Source: Clostridia bacterium
GTDB taxonomy: Bacteria > Bacillota > Clostridia > Christensenellales > CAG-314
Direction: 5' to 3'
Length of the DNA: 64,000 bases
Assembly (NCBI GenBank): GCA_036654455.1
Contig: JAVVRZ010000002.1
Location: 264,332-328,331, forward strand
A program made the translations under genes and the position numbers. How positions within the stretch are numbered: the first letter of the stretch is position 1; each line of letters starts with the position of its first letter. Below the pieces are notes generated by a model. It was not told the origin of the DNA. It worked only from the letters and a program-made list of their open reading frames with translations, and did not search any database. Positions 10,405-21,682 of this stretch are shown piece by piece.

Positions 10405-11595
10405 TTAATCTAGTCTTTTTGGGCTAAACACGCTAGCTAGACTGTGGGCTTTTCCCAATAAATCGTCTTCGATTATTTCAATTCCGCCAATCGCATTGAC
10501 TATTCCGTTTGCGCCCGAGCTGAGTAGATAATACTCGTTTTCCTGCGCCTTGCCGATTAAACCAAGATTATTTTTAGTCGAGCCAAATAGCCCGCAAAAC
10601 TTGCAATCGACCTTAATTTGCTTGTCATAGTCGGGTAGCATTTTTCTAAGTGTGTTTTCTAACTTTTGATATTTTTGTTCCGCCTTTTTAACGTCGAATT
10701 TGTCATAGTAAAGGGTGTCTTCACCGCCGAAAATAAGCTTATTATCGGGCAGTATTCTTAAATAATGGTAGGGGTCAAGGCAATCTTGCACAAGGGCGCT
10801 ATCTCTCCAAGCTAGATTACTAATTTTTTGGGTAGTAATAGTGTAGCTGATATAGCGTTTACACAAGTCTTTTTTTGTAAAACTTTGCCAGTTGAAGCCT
10901 GTCGCATAGATAATATTTTTGCAGGTAATTTTTTGTCCGTAGCTAGTGTGAGCTACAAGCGTGTCTTTATGTTCGACGCAAACAATCTCGGTGTTTTGGA
11001 ATATCTTGTTTTGGTTATGCGAATTATCTAGCATAAGTTTAGTAAATAGATAAGGGTTAAGTTCTGCTCCGCCGTCACTGCAATATAATCCGCTAGTTAG
11101 TTTGAAAGGGAATGTATTGCTAGCTTTGTCGATATATTCGGCTGAAAAACCATTAGAAATACGAAAGTCGTATTCCTTTTTAATCTTTGCCGTATCAATT
11201 AATCTAGTTGAGTATAATAAGGAAGGGCGTTTTGAGTACAAACAAGAGTTGCCAAGTTTTGATACCAAGCTATCAAGTTTTTTAAGAGCGTCTAATCCAA
11301 AAGAATAAATTTTGCAAATTTCTTGCTCGTTAAGTTCGCCGTTTAGCTCGCTTGCAAAGTCGTCTAATTGATATTCTAGTAGAGCGGTTGCGCACGAAGT
11401 ACAATTTTTTCCAAATAAAGATTTGTCGACAAGCGCAGTGTCATATTTTTGCGACAAGTAGTAATTTGCAATAGCGCCGTCAATTCCTCCTCCCACAATT
11501 AAGATGTCGCAACTAATATTTTTATCAAGATATTTGTAAGGTTTTATTTTAGATTTACATAAACTAAAATAAGGGTTTCCCATAACTATTTGCAT
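10405..11595 (-). CDS. FAD-dependent oxidoreductase (DAO-like)
   Basis: 396 aa. N-terminal dinucleotide-binding motif DILIVGGGIDGAIANYYL. SD AGGAG upstream. Confidence 0.7.
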   Translation of the reverse strand: MQIVMGNPYFSLCKSKIKPYKYLDKNISCDILIVGGGIDGAIANYYLSQKYDTALVDKSLFGKNCTSCATALLEYQLDDFASELNGELNEQEICKIYSFGLDALKKLDSLVSKLGNSCLYSKRPSLLYSTRLIDTAKIKKEYDFRISNGFSAEYIDKASNTFPFKLTSGLYCSDGGAELNPYLFTKLMLDNSHNQNKIFQNTEIVCVEHKDTLVAHTSYGQKITCKNIIYATGFNWQSFTKKDLCKRYISYTITTQKISNLAWRDSALVQDCLDPYHYLRILPDNKLIFGGEDTLYYDKFDVKKAEQKYQKLENTLRKMLPDYDKQIKVDCKFCGLFGSTKNNLGLIGKAQENEYYLLSSGANGIVNAIGGIEIIEDDLLGKAHSLASVFSPKRLD

Positions 11596-11701
11596 ATTTA
11601 TATTCTCCTAATCTTTTGTGATTAGTATTTGTTTGTATTTAATATTTATGTTACCGCAAGAATAAAAAAGATAAAATAATAGTATTGTAAGCATTTTGGG
11701 G

Positions 11702-11730
11702 TTGCAATGTTGGTTGCGTTGTGGTAATAT
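11702..11730 (+). promoter_or_regulatory. Promoter of the transketolase operon
   Basis: TTGCAA (11702-11707), 17-nt spacer containing TGn, TAATAT (11725-11730). Confidence 0.45.
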
Positions 11731-11779
11731 TTAGTTGATAAATTAAGTTTGTCGTATTATAAATTTTAGGAGGAATAAT

Positions 11780-12583
11780 ATGGATAGCCTTTCACGTGCC
11801 AAGCAGATTAGAGAGCTTTTGCTTAGGTGCATTAACAGCATAGGTAGCGGTCACGTAGGCGGTTGTTTATCAATCGCAGATATTCTTGCCGTTCTCTATA
11901 CAAATCACATAAGAGTCAACCCCAAAGAACCGCTTATGGAAGGTAGGGACCGCATAGTGTTATCAAAAGGACACGCAGGTCCAGCGCTATACGCCACCCT
12001 TTGCGCATTTGGTTTTTTTGGTCAAGACGAACTTCTAACTCTTAATAGACTAGGCACAAGTTTACCTAGCCATTGTAACAGCAACTTAACTAAGGGCGTT
12101 GATATGACCGCCGGCAGTTTAGGTCAAGGTATTAGCGGTGGAGTTGGGCTAGCGCTTGCAAGCAAGATGTCTAACGACGACGCAAGAATTTACGCCATTG
12201 TAGGCGACGGCGAATGTCAAGAAGGCCAAGTGTGGGAAGCCGCAATGTTTGCAGGCAATCACAAGTTAGATAACTTAACCGTATTTGTAGACAATAACGG
12301 TATGCAAATTGACGACGTAACCGACAAAGTAAACAAGGTCGAAGATTTAGTCGCAAAGTGGAGCTCGTTTGGTTTTAAGGCTATTCGTATTGACGGTCAC
12401 AATCACAAACAAATAGACGACGCAATTATTCTGGCTAAAAATACTAAAAATGTTCCAACCGCAATTATTGCCGACACAATTAAAGGCAAGGGCGTTAGTT
12501 TTTATGAGGCTATGGGAATTTCTAACCACAGCACTTCGGTCAGCGACGAGCAGTTAGCAAAAGCGCTTGCCGAATTAGAGTAG
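11780..12583 (+). CDS. Transketolase, N-terminal (thiamine diphosphate-binding) subunit
   Basis: 267 aa with motifs SGHVGGCLS, SKGHAGPALY, GDGECQEGQVWEA. SD AGGAGG. Confidence 0.9.
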   Translation: MDSLSRAKQIRELLLRCINSIGSGHVGGCLSIADILAVLYTNHIRVNPKEPLMEGRDRIVLSKGHAGPALYATLCAFGFFGQDELLTLNRLGTSLPSHCNSNLTKGVDMTAGSLGQGISGGVGLALASKMSNDDARIYAIVGDGECQEGQVWEAAMFAGNHKLDNLTVFVDNNGMQIDDVTDKVNKVEDLVAKWSSFGFKAIRIDGHNHKQIDDAIILAKNTKNVPTAIIADTIKGKGVSFYEAMGISNHSTSVSDEQLAKALAELE

Positions 12584-12596
12584 GGGGGCGACAATT

Positions 12597-13514
12597 ATGG
12601 AAATGAGAAAAGTTTACACTTCTACCTTAGCTAAATTAATGGAGAAGAACGACAAGATAGTTATTTTAGATGCCGACCTTGCAAAAGCCTGCGGAACAAA
12701 TGCGCTTTACAAGCAATTTCCAAATCGTTGCGTAGACATAGGCATAGCCGAAGCAAATATGGTTTCAATCGCAGTTGGACTTGCGCACTACGGATATATT
12801 CCTTTTGTGCATAGTTTTGCGCCCTTTGTAGCCCGTAGAGCGTTTGACCAAATAGCCGTAGGTTGCGGTTACGGACAAATGCCAGTAGTAATAGTCGGCA
12901 CAGACCCCGGGGTATGCGCTACCTTAAATGGCGGAACTCACATGTGTTTTGAAGATATTTCGGCATTACGTAGCGTACCCAATATGCTTATATTCGAGCC
13001 TTGCGACAACGCTCAACTTGAACAAGCCTTGCCTCAAATAATTGAACGCAAAGCTCCTAGCTATCTAAGGCTAATGCGTAAAGAAGATTATAATATTTTT
13101 CCGCAAGATTATAAATTCGACTTATATACTGCCGATAGGTTAAGAGAAGGCAAAGATTTAACCATAGTAGTTTCGGGCTTTTTAACCAAAGATTGTATAA
13201 CTGTCGCCGACAAGTTGTCTAGTCAAGGCATAAGCGTAGATTTAATCAACGTTCATACAATTAAACCTCTTGACCAACAGACAATTATTAATTCGGCAAA
13301 AAAGACTAATAGAGTTTTGGTAGTTGAGAATGCTTCAATGTATGGCGGACTTTTTGGCGCAGTTGCCGAAACACTATCTCTTGCCTACCCGACTAAGTGC
13401 GCTCAAATTGCAATTCTTGACCGTATCGGGCAAGTAGGACAGCTTGACGAACTTAGAAAAGATTATGGCTTAACCGAGCAAGATATTTTCGACAAGGCAA
13501 AAAGTTTATTATAA
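12597..13514 (+). CDS. Transketolase, C-terminal (pyrimidine-binding) subunit
   Basis: 305 aa with motifs DIGIAEANMVS and HSFAPF. Immediately downstream of the N-terminal subunit gene. Confidence 0.9.
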   Translation: MEMRKVYTSTLAKLMEKNDKIVILDADLAKACGTNALYKQFPNRCVDIGIAEANMVSIAVGLAHYGYIPFVHSFAPFVARRAFDQIAVGCGYGQMPVVIVGTDPGVCATLNGGTHMCFEDISALRSVPNMLIFEPCDNAQLEQALPQIIERKAPSYLRLMRKEDYNIFPQDYKFDLYTADRLREGKDLTIVVSGFLTKDCITVADKLSSQGISVDLINVHTIKPLDQQTIINSAKKTNRVLVVENASMYGGLFGAVAETLSLAYPTKCAQIAILDRIGQVGQLDELRKDYGLTEQDIFDKAKSLL

Positions 13515-13603
13515 ATATTGTAATAGAGGTTGTAGAAGCTAGCCTTGTTTAGCGTAATAAATTATAGCTTGCTTGGCGTAATAATTTTGTATTTAAATTA
13601 ATT

Positions 13604-13633
13604 AAGACGGTAGAAAATTTCTACCGTCTTTTT
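13604..13633 (+). terminator. Rho-independent terminator
   Basis: AAGACGGTAG (13604-13613) pairs with CTACCGTCTT (13621-13630), followed by a T-run. Confidence 0.75.
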
Positions 13634-13697
13634 GTGTATTAACTTAATAAGTTAGTTAAATAAAGTTAATTTAATATATTGATTATAGTTAAATTAT

Positions 13698-14795
13698 TTA
13701 GTCTAGTTTGGTCGCTAGCCCATTTTTGATTACAAACCTCGACGAATTAATATGTTTAGTAAGCATTTTGTCAACCTTTGTGCCGGTTAAAATTATTTGA
13801 ACTTTGTCGTTATAACTTAGCAAGGCTTTCTGTCTTGTTCTATCTAACTCGCTCAACACGTCGTCAAGCAGTAGTATAGGGTAGTCTTTGGTAATATCAT
13901 AGAATAGTTGTAGTTCGGCAAGTTTAAGAGAAAGGGCTGTTGTTCGCTGTTGACCTTGACTACCAAAAACTCTTATGTCTGCGTCGTCTACGCAAAACTT
14001 TATATCGTCCCTTTGGCAACCTGTTGTGGTAAATCTTTGGGCAAAATCTTTTTCTACCGAAGCGGTTAACTTTGCAAGATAGTTAGCGGTTATTTCTTCT
14101 ACCGTATCTCCGTCTACGCTAGGGATATAGGTCATATTTAGTTTTTCTTTTTGGGTGAGAAATTTGTGAGTGTCTAAGACAATCTCGGCAAGCCTAGTAC
14201 AGAATAGTTTTCTTTGGTAGGTGAGCAAACCGCCCTCTTTGGCAAGTTGAGCGTCCCAAATTGATAAGGAATCTTTAAGAGTTGTAATATTATTAGATTT
14301 TTTGAGTAAATTATTACGTTGAACTAATATTCGGTTAAACCTAACAAGGGCGTGATAGTACTGCTTGTTGAGCTGACACAAGTCAATGTCAAGAAATCGT
14401 CTGCGTTGGCTGGGCGAGAGGGTAATGACGCTTATCTCGTCGGGAGAAAAATATATGCAGTTGAGATAACCAAGCAATTCGCCAATGCGAGCAAGGGGCA
14501 GAGTATTTATACTTGCGACCTTCTTATCTTTACTAATCGCTATTGATATATCTCGTGTTCCGCTGATGCTTGCGTAGCCTAGTTTGACGTAACAACTGTC
14601 GCAACCAATACGAATTAAGTCTTTGTCACGCTCGGTTCTAACGCTTTTTCCCAAACAGCAAAGGTAGGCGCTTTCAAGTAAATTTGTCTTGCCCTGCGCA
14701 TTATCGCCGTAAAATATGTTTAGACCTTGACTAAGTTCAAGCGTTTGACTAGCCAAATTTCTAAAATTATTAACATATAAGTTGTTAATTTCCAT
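13698..14795 (-). CDS. recF: DNA replication and repair protein RecF
   Basis: 365 aa with MEINNLYVNNFRNL..., Walker A GDNAQGKTNLLE, signature SQGQQRT, Walker B LLLDDV. Confidence 0.92.
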   Translation of the reverse strand: MEINNLYVNNFRNLASQTLELSQGLNIFYGDNAQGKTNLLESAYLCCLGKSVRTERDKDLIRIGCDSCYVKLGYASISGTRDISIAISKDKKVASINTLPLARIGELLGYLNCIYFSPDEISVITLSPSQRRRFLDIDLCQLNKQYYHALVRFNRILVQRNNLLKKSNNITTLKDSLSIWDAQLAKEGGLLTYQRKLFCTRLAEIVLDTHKFLTQKEKLNMTYIPSVDGDTVEEITANYLAKLTASVEKDFAQRFTTTGCQRDDIKFCVDDADIRVFGSQGQQRTTALSLKLAELQLFYDITKDYPILLLDDVLSELDRTRQKALLSYNDKVQIILTGTKVDKMLTKHINSSRFVIKNGLATKLD

Positions 14796-14801
14796 TTAAG
14801 A

Positions 14802-14830
14802 ATTATACATTATTATGTTTGCAAAGTCAA
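14802..14830 (-). promoter_or_regulatory. recF promoter placed for a leaderless transcript
   Basis: On the minus strand: TTGACT (14830-14825), 17-nt spacer, TATAAT (14807-14802), then 6 nt (TCTTAA), then the ATG. No SD. Confidence 0.5.
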
Positions 14831-15201
14831 TATTTATAGCGTTTTAATAATTCTCTTAATATTATAAACGTTCTATAAAATAAATAGTTGTTACAATTTT
14901 GTTAAAAATTTAGAAATTTTTGTTTATAAATATATGCAAAAAATGCTAGATTTAAAGGTGATTAAATAACAAAATGCAATAAATTAACAGTTTATAGGTA
15001 AAGAAAATAACAAAAATTAAGTAATTAGCTAACTTACAAAAATTAAAAAACTGCGTTTACAAGAGTAGAAACTTTGCCCTTAAACCCTAAGTACTTTTAG
15101 CGTAGATTTACTCGTGTAGAATAAAACTCGGCGTGTGGGGCAAATAAACGGCTTAAATAGGCATAATTAAACAAATATCTTAAAAATTGTGGTAAATTTA
15201 A

Positions 15202-17166
<1,965 letters not shown>

Positions 17167-17176
17167 GGGGGTTAAT

Positions 17177-19666
17177 ATGGCTAAAAAGATAGTAGTAAAT
17201 TTAGATAGAGACGCATATATTGCAGCGCTAAAAAACTCTAATGTTAAAGAAGTCAATCTTGAAGGCGAGATGAAGAAATCTTTTATCGCTTATGCAATGG
17301 CGGTAAACGTTTCAAGAGCAATTCCCGACGTAAGGGACGGACTCAAACCCGTTCATAGAAGAATACTTTACGCTATGGGCGAACTTAACTTAGCTTACGA
17401 CAAACCTTATAGAAAGTGCGCAAGAATTGTCGGCGACGTTTTGGGCAAGTATCATCCGCACGGAGATACCGCCGTTTACGAAGCCCTAGTAAGACTAGCG
17501 CAAGACTTCTCAATTAGATGCCCTCTTGTAGACGGGCAAGGCAATTTCGGCTCAATCGACGGAGACCCGCCGGCGGCGCAAAGGTATACCGAGGCTAAAT
17601 TATCTAAAATTTCTAGCGAGATGCTTAGAGATATTGAGAAGCAAACTGTCAATTATTACCCCAACTTTGACGAAACTTTGCAACAACCCGAAGTTTTACC
17701 CAGTAGGTTTCCTAACCTACTTGTCAACGGCTCAGACGGCATAGCTGTCGGTATGGCTACAAATATTCCCCCTCACAACTTAGGCGAAGTAATCGATGGC
17801 GTAGTAGCGCAAATAGACAACCCCGATATTACAATAGACCAATTAATGCGTTATATTCCTTGTCCCGATTACCCAACGGGCGGTATTTTAATGTCACGTG
17901 GCACGGTAAGGCAAGCCTATTTAACCGGGCACGGCGGAGTAATAATAAGAGCAAAGACCGAGATTGAGGAACACTCTAACGGTCGTAGTCGCATTGTGGT
18001 AACCGAACTACCTTATCAAGTAAATAAAGAAAAATTAGTAATCGCAATCGCTAACCTTGTGCGTGACAAAAAGATTGAAGGTATCGCAGACGTAAGGGAC
18101 GAGTCGGGAAGACAAGGTATGCGTATAGCTATTGATTGTAAGAAAGACGCTTCCGCCCAAGTTGTGCTTAATGCGCTCTACAAACATACTTCTCTACAAG
18201 TAAGCAATGGCATAACTTTGCTAGCGCTTGCCGACGGGCAACCAAAAATTCTCAACCTTAAAGAAATTTTATCGTATTATATAGCTCACCAAAAGGAAGT
18301 TATTACACGTAGAACGAAATTTGACCTTGAAAAAGCCGAAGAACGCTGTCACATTGTCGAAGGGTTAGTCAAGGCGCAAGCAAATATTGATAAAGTTATA
18401 AGCATAATTAAAAAGTCAATGGATAAGCAAGACGCCGCCGAGAAATTAATAAATTATTTTCAACTAACCGAGCGTCAAGCTAACGCAATTCTTGAAATGC
18501 GTCTACAACGGTTGACTAACCTAGAAGTTGAGGCTTTGCAAAACGAATTAGCATCTTTACAACAAACAATACTTGATTTAAGGGCAATTCTAGCAAGCCC
18601 GGCAAGAATAGCCAGCATTATCAAGACCGAAATTTTACAAATTAAAGAAACATATAATACCGAGCGTAAGACCGAGATTAGTATGGATATGGGCGAAATA
18701 GATATCGCCGACTTGATTGAGAAACAAGACGTAGTTATTTCAATGACTCACTTTGGATATATCAAGCGCTTGCCCACAACCGAATATCGTGTGCAACGCA
18801 AGGGCGGTAAGGGCGTTAAATCGCATAAGCCAAGAGAAGAAGACTTTGTTGAGACTATGTTTATTACTAACACTCACGACGACTTGTTATTCTTTACAAA
18901 CAAAGGCAAGGTTTACTGCATTAAGGCGTACGAAGTGCCCGAGGCGGCTAAGACTGCTAGGGGTAGAGCTATTGTCAACCTACTTCAACTTGACGGCGAC
19001 GAACACGTAACCGCAGTTATTCCACGCAAAGAAGATATGACCGGCAATCTTGTAATGGCAACCCGTAGCGGTATTATCAAGAAGACCGACTTAGCCGAAT
19101 TTACAAGTATTCGCAAGGTCGGCAAACTTGCAATTACTCTTGTCGACGACGAACTGGTCAACGTAGCTATGTCGTCTGGATATGACGAGATTATTATGGC
19201 GTCAAGGTTTGGCAAGTGTATTAGATTTACCGAAGAAGAAGTTCGTCCAATGGGCAGAGAGGCCCAGGGCGTGCGTTCAATTAAACTTGAAGAAGGCGAC
19301 TATATTGTGGCTATGGCTGTGCTTAAATACGGCTATGAAATTTTAACTGTTTCGGAGAATGGTTACGGCAAGCGTAGCGATATTGTAGATTATCGTTTGC
19401 AATCTCGGGCAGGCAAGGGCATTAAGGCAGGCGTATTTAACGATAAGACCGGCAACCTTGTTAACTTAATTTTAATTGACCCCGAAGACGATATTATGCT
19501 TATAGCCGACAACGGCACAGTTTTAAGAGTTAAGGCTCGTGAAGTTAGTAAAATCGGCAGAGATACTCTGGGCGTACGCATTATGAAGGTTAAAGATTTC
19601 AATAGCAAAGTGGTATCTGTGTCAAGCACCCCTTGCGAAGCCGACGATATAGAAGAAATGGAATAA
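17177..19666 (+). CDS. gyrA: DNA gyrase subunit A
   Basis: 829 aa with motifs [18 protein letters not shown] and [10 protein letters not shown] (catalytic Tyr region), plus C-terminal beta-pinwheel repeats. SD AAGGGGG. Confidence 0.93.
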   Translation: MAKKIVVNLDRDAYIAALKNSNVKEVNLEGEMKKSFIAYAMAVNVSRAIPDVRDGLKPVHRRILYAMGELNLAYDKPYRKCARIVGDVLGKYHPHGDTAVYEALVRLAQDFSIRCPLVDGQGNFGSIDGDPPAAQRYTEAKLSKISSEMLRDIEKQTVNYYPNFDETLQQPEVLPSRFPNLLVNGSDGIAVGMATNIPPHNLGEVIDGVVAQIDNPDITIDQLMRYIPCPDYPTGGILMSRGTVRQAYLTGHGGVIIRAKTEIEEHSNGRSRIVVTELPYQVNKEKLVIAIANLVRDKKIEGIADVRDESGRQGMRIAIDCKKDASAQVVLNALYKHTSLQVSNGITLLALADGQPKILNLKEILSYYIAHQKEVITRRTKFDLEKAEERCHIVEGLVKAQANIDKVISIIKKSMDKQDAAEKLINYFQLTERQANAILEMRLQRLTNLEVEALQNELASLQQTILDLRAILASPARIASIIKTEILQIKETYNTERKTEISMDMGEIDIADLIEKQDVVISMTHFGYIKRLPTTEYRVQRKGGKGVKSHKPREEDFVETMFITNTHDDLLFFTNKGKVYCIKAYEVPEAAKTARGRAIVNLLQLDGDEHVTAVIPRKEDMTGNLVMATRSGIIKKTDLAEFTSIRKVGKLAITLVDDELVNVAMSSGYDEIIMASRFGKCIRFTEEEVRPMGREAQGVRSIKLEEGDYIVAMAVLKYGYEILTVSENGYGKRSDIVDYRLQSRAGKGIKAGVFNDKTGNLVNLILIDPEDDIMLIADNGTVLRVKAREVSKIGRDTLGVRIMKVKDFNSKVVSVSSTPCEADDIEEME

Positions 19667-19819
19667 TCAATCAATAGCCAAACAAAAAGTATCAAATTCG
19701 GCTTTAATAATAAAAGTTCTATTTCAAGATAGAATTATTTAAGCGGTAAGCATAAATTTGATGCGACACTGTGGTTATTGTTTCAAGAGTATTAAATGGC
19801 AAAATTTAAGCGTTTTTAA

Positions 19820-19847
19820 ATACTTTTTCAAGACTTAGAAAAAGTAT
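19820..19847 (+). repeat. Perfect 10-bp inverted repeat in the argS leader
   Basis: ATACTTTTTC (19820-19829), 8-nt loop, GAAAAAGTAT (19838-19847). Confidence 0.6.
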
Positions 19848-19907
19848 CAAACACGGTATTTTTAAGTCGACGCAAATAAAAGAACATCAAGGAGAACATT
19901 GTTAAAA

Positions 19908-21599
19908 ATGATTAATATTAAGCAACAACTAGCTAGTCTGGTTACAGGCTACCCGGTAGAAGAAGTCGAAGGCTTACTTAGCGACATTGAAGATAATTCG
20001 TTAGGCGACTACGCTTTGCCTTGTTTTAAGTTTGCAAAGCAACAGCGTCTTAGCCCTAACATAATCGCTCAACAAATTGCAAGTAGTATTCAACCCAATG
20101 TTTTAATTGATAAAGTTTGTTCGGTTGGCGGATATTGTAATTTTTATTTGAATAAGCAATATGTAACTACGCAAATTGTAAGTCAAGTAGTGTGTCAAAG
20201 CGATTATGGCAACAGTTCGCTCGGGCAGGGCAAGACAATTTGTATTGACTATTCTTCAATAAATATAGCTAAACCTTTTCATATCGGTCACTTAGGCACA
20301 ACGGCGATAGGCAGTTGTCTTTATAAGGTCTACAAGGCGTTAGGCTACAATGTAGTGGGCATCAATCACTTAGGCGATTGGGGTACGCAATTTGGCAAAT
20401 TAATCGTAGCCTACAACAAGTGGAGCGACAAAGAAACCATCTTAAAGGGCGGGCTTAGGGCTTTGCAAGATATTTATGTTCGGTTTCACGTCGAGGCTGA
20501 AAAAGACGATAGCTTAAACGACCAAGCTCGTGAGTGGTTTGCTCGAATAGAGCAAGGCGACAAGTCGGCTAACGAACTATTCAATTTTTTCAAAGATATT
20601 ACGCTTTGCGAAGTTAAGAAGTTGTATCAACGACTTAACGTTACCTTTGACAGTTGGAATGGCGAGAGTTTTTACAACAACTTAATGCCCGATGCCATTA
20701 AGTTTTTAGAAGAAAAAAATATAGTAACAACTAGCGACGGAGCAAGGGTGGTAGATTTGTCAGCCTATAATATGCCCCCGTGTCTACTTGTTAAAAGCGA
20801 CGGAGCGTCGTTATACGCTACTAGGGATATTACCGCTATAATGTATCGCAAGGCGACTTACGACTTCTACAAATGTTTATACGTAGTAGCCTATCAACAG
20901 AATTTGCACTTCAAGCAAGTGTTTAAGGTAATCGAACTTGCAGGTTTGCCATACGCAGACAGCCTTGTTCACGTTGCTTATGGTATGGTTTCGCTTGAAG
21001 AAGGTTCAATGTCTACTCGTAAGGGCAACACGGTTTGGCTTGAAGACGTGCTTAATAGAGCTGTTGACAAGGCAAGAAGCATTATAGAAGACAAGAACCC
21101 CGAATTGCCTAACAAGGCTGAGATAGCCGAACAAGTCGGCGTGGGAGCGGTAATTTTTTCGGCTCTTTGCAACAGCCGTATTAAAGACATAACATTTAGC
21201 TTCGACCGTGTACTTTCCTTTGAGGGCGAAACCGCCCCTTATCTACAATACACTCACGCAAGATGTTGCTCGATATTTGAGAAAGCCGGTATGTCTTATT
21301 ACGCAAGATGCGCTCACGACCATTCGGTTTACGACAATGTCGAAAGCGTGGAACTAGCCAAACTTATTAATAAATTCCCCCAAGTTTTAGTCGAAGTAGG
21401 ACAAAGATACGAACCGTCAATTCTTTCGTGCTATTTAATTGACTTAGCTAAAAGTTTTAACAAATATTATCTTTCGCAAAAGATGCTTTGCGAAGACTTA
21501 GGCAAACAGAACGCAAGACTTGACCTAGCTAAGAGCGTTCAAATTACGCTTAACAAGGGCTTGACTCTACTAGGCATAGCTTGCCCGACTAAAATGTAG
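19908..21599 (+). CDS. argS: Arginine--tRNA ligase
   Basis: HIGH motif (PFHIGHLG) and a KMSKS-like MSTRKG motif. The ATG at 19908 gives MINIKQQL, as in other ArgS proteins. The TTG at 19899 remains a possible alternative start. Confidence 0.88.
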   Translation: MINIKQQLASLVTGYPVEEVEGLLSDIEDNSLGDYALPCFKFAKQQRLSPNIIAQQIASSIQPNVLIDKVCSVGGYCNFYLNKQYVTTQIVSQVVCQSDYGNSSLGQGKTICIDYSSINIAKPFHIGHLGTTAIGSCLYKVYKALGYNVVGINHLGDWGTQFGKLIVAYNKWSDKETILKGGLRALQDIYVRFHVEAEKDDSLNDQAREWFARIEQGDKSANELFNFFKDITLCEVKKLYQRLNVTFDSWNGESFYNNLMPDAIKFLEEKNIVTTSDGARVVDLSAYNMPPCLLVKSDGASLYATRDITAIMYRKATYDFYKCLYVVAYQQNLHFKQVFKVIELAGLPYADSLVHVAYGMVSLEEGSMSTRKGNTVWLEDVLNRAVDKARSIIEDKNPELPNKAEIAEQVGVGAVIFSALCNSRIKDITFSFDRVLSFEGETAPYLQYTHARCCSIFEKAGMSYYARCAHDHSVYDNVESVELAKLINKFPQVLVEVGQRYEPSILSCYLIDLAKSFNKYYLSQKMLCEDLGKQNARLDLAKSVQITLNKGLTLLGIACPTKM

Positions 21600-21629
21600 C
21601 CAATAAGCTAAATGCAACAAATTAAGCAA

Positions 21630-21676
21630 CAAGCAATTATTAATTGCTTGCATAACAACCATTTTTTTGATAACAT
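21630..21676 (+). promoter_or_regulatory. 21-bp perfect palindrome overlapping a promoter of the ABC exporter operon
   Basis: Palindrome CAAGCAATTA-T-TAATTGCTTG (21630-21650). Promoter: TTGCAT (21648-21653), 17-nt spacer ending in TGa, TAACAT (21671-21676), then 6 nt, then the ATG at 21683. Confidence 0.4.
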
Positions 21677-21682
21677 ACATAT

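Noticed and set aside
19667-19907. T-box riboswitch upstream of argS
   Set aside because: No conserved T-box sequence and no recognisable specifier/antiterminator architecture.
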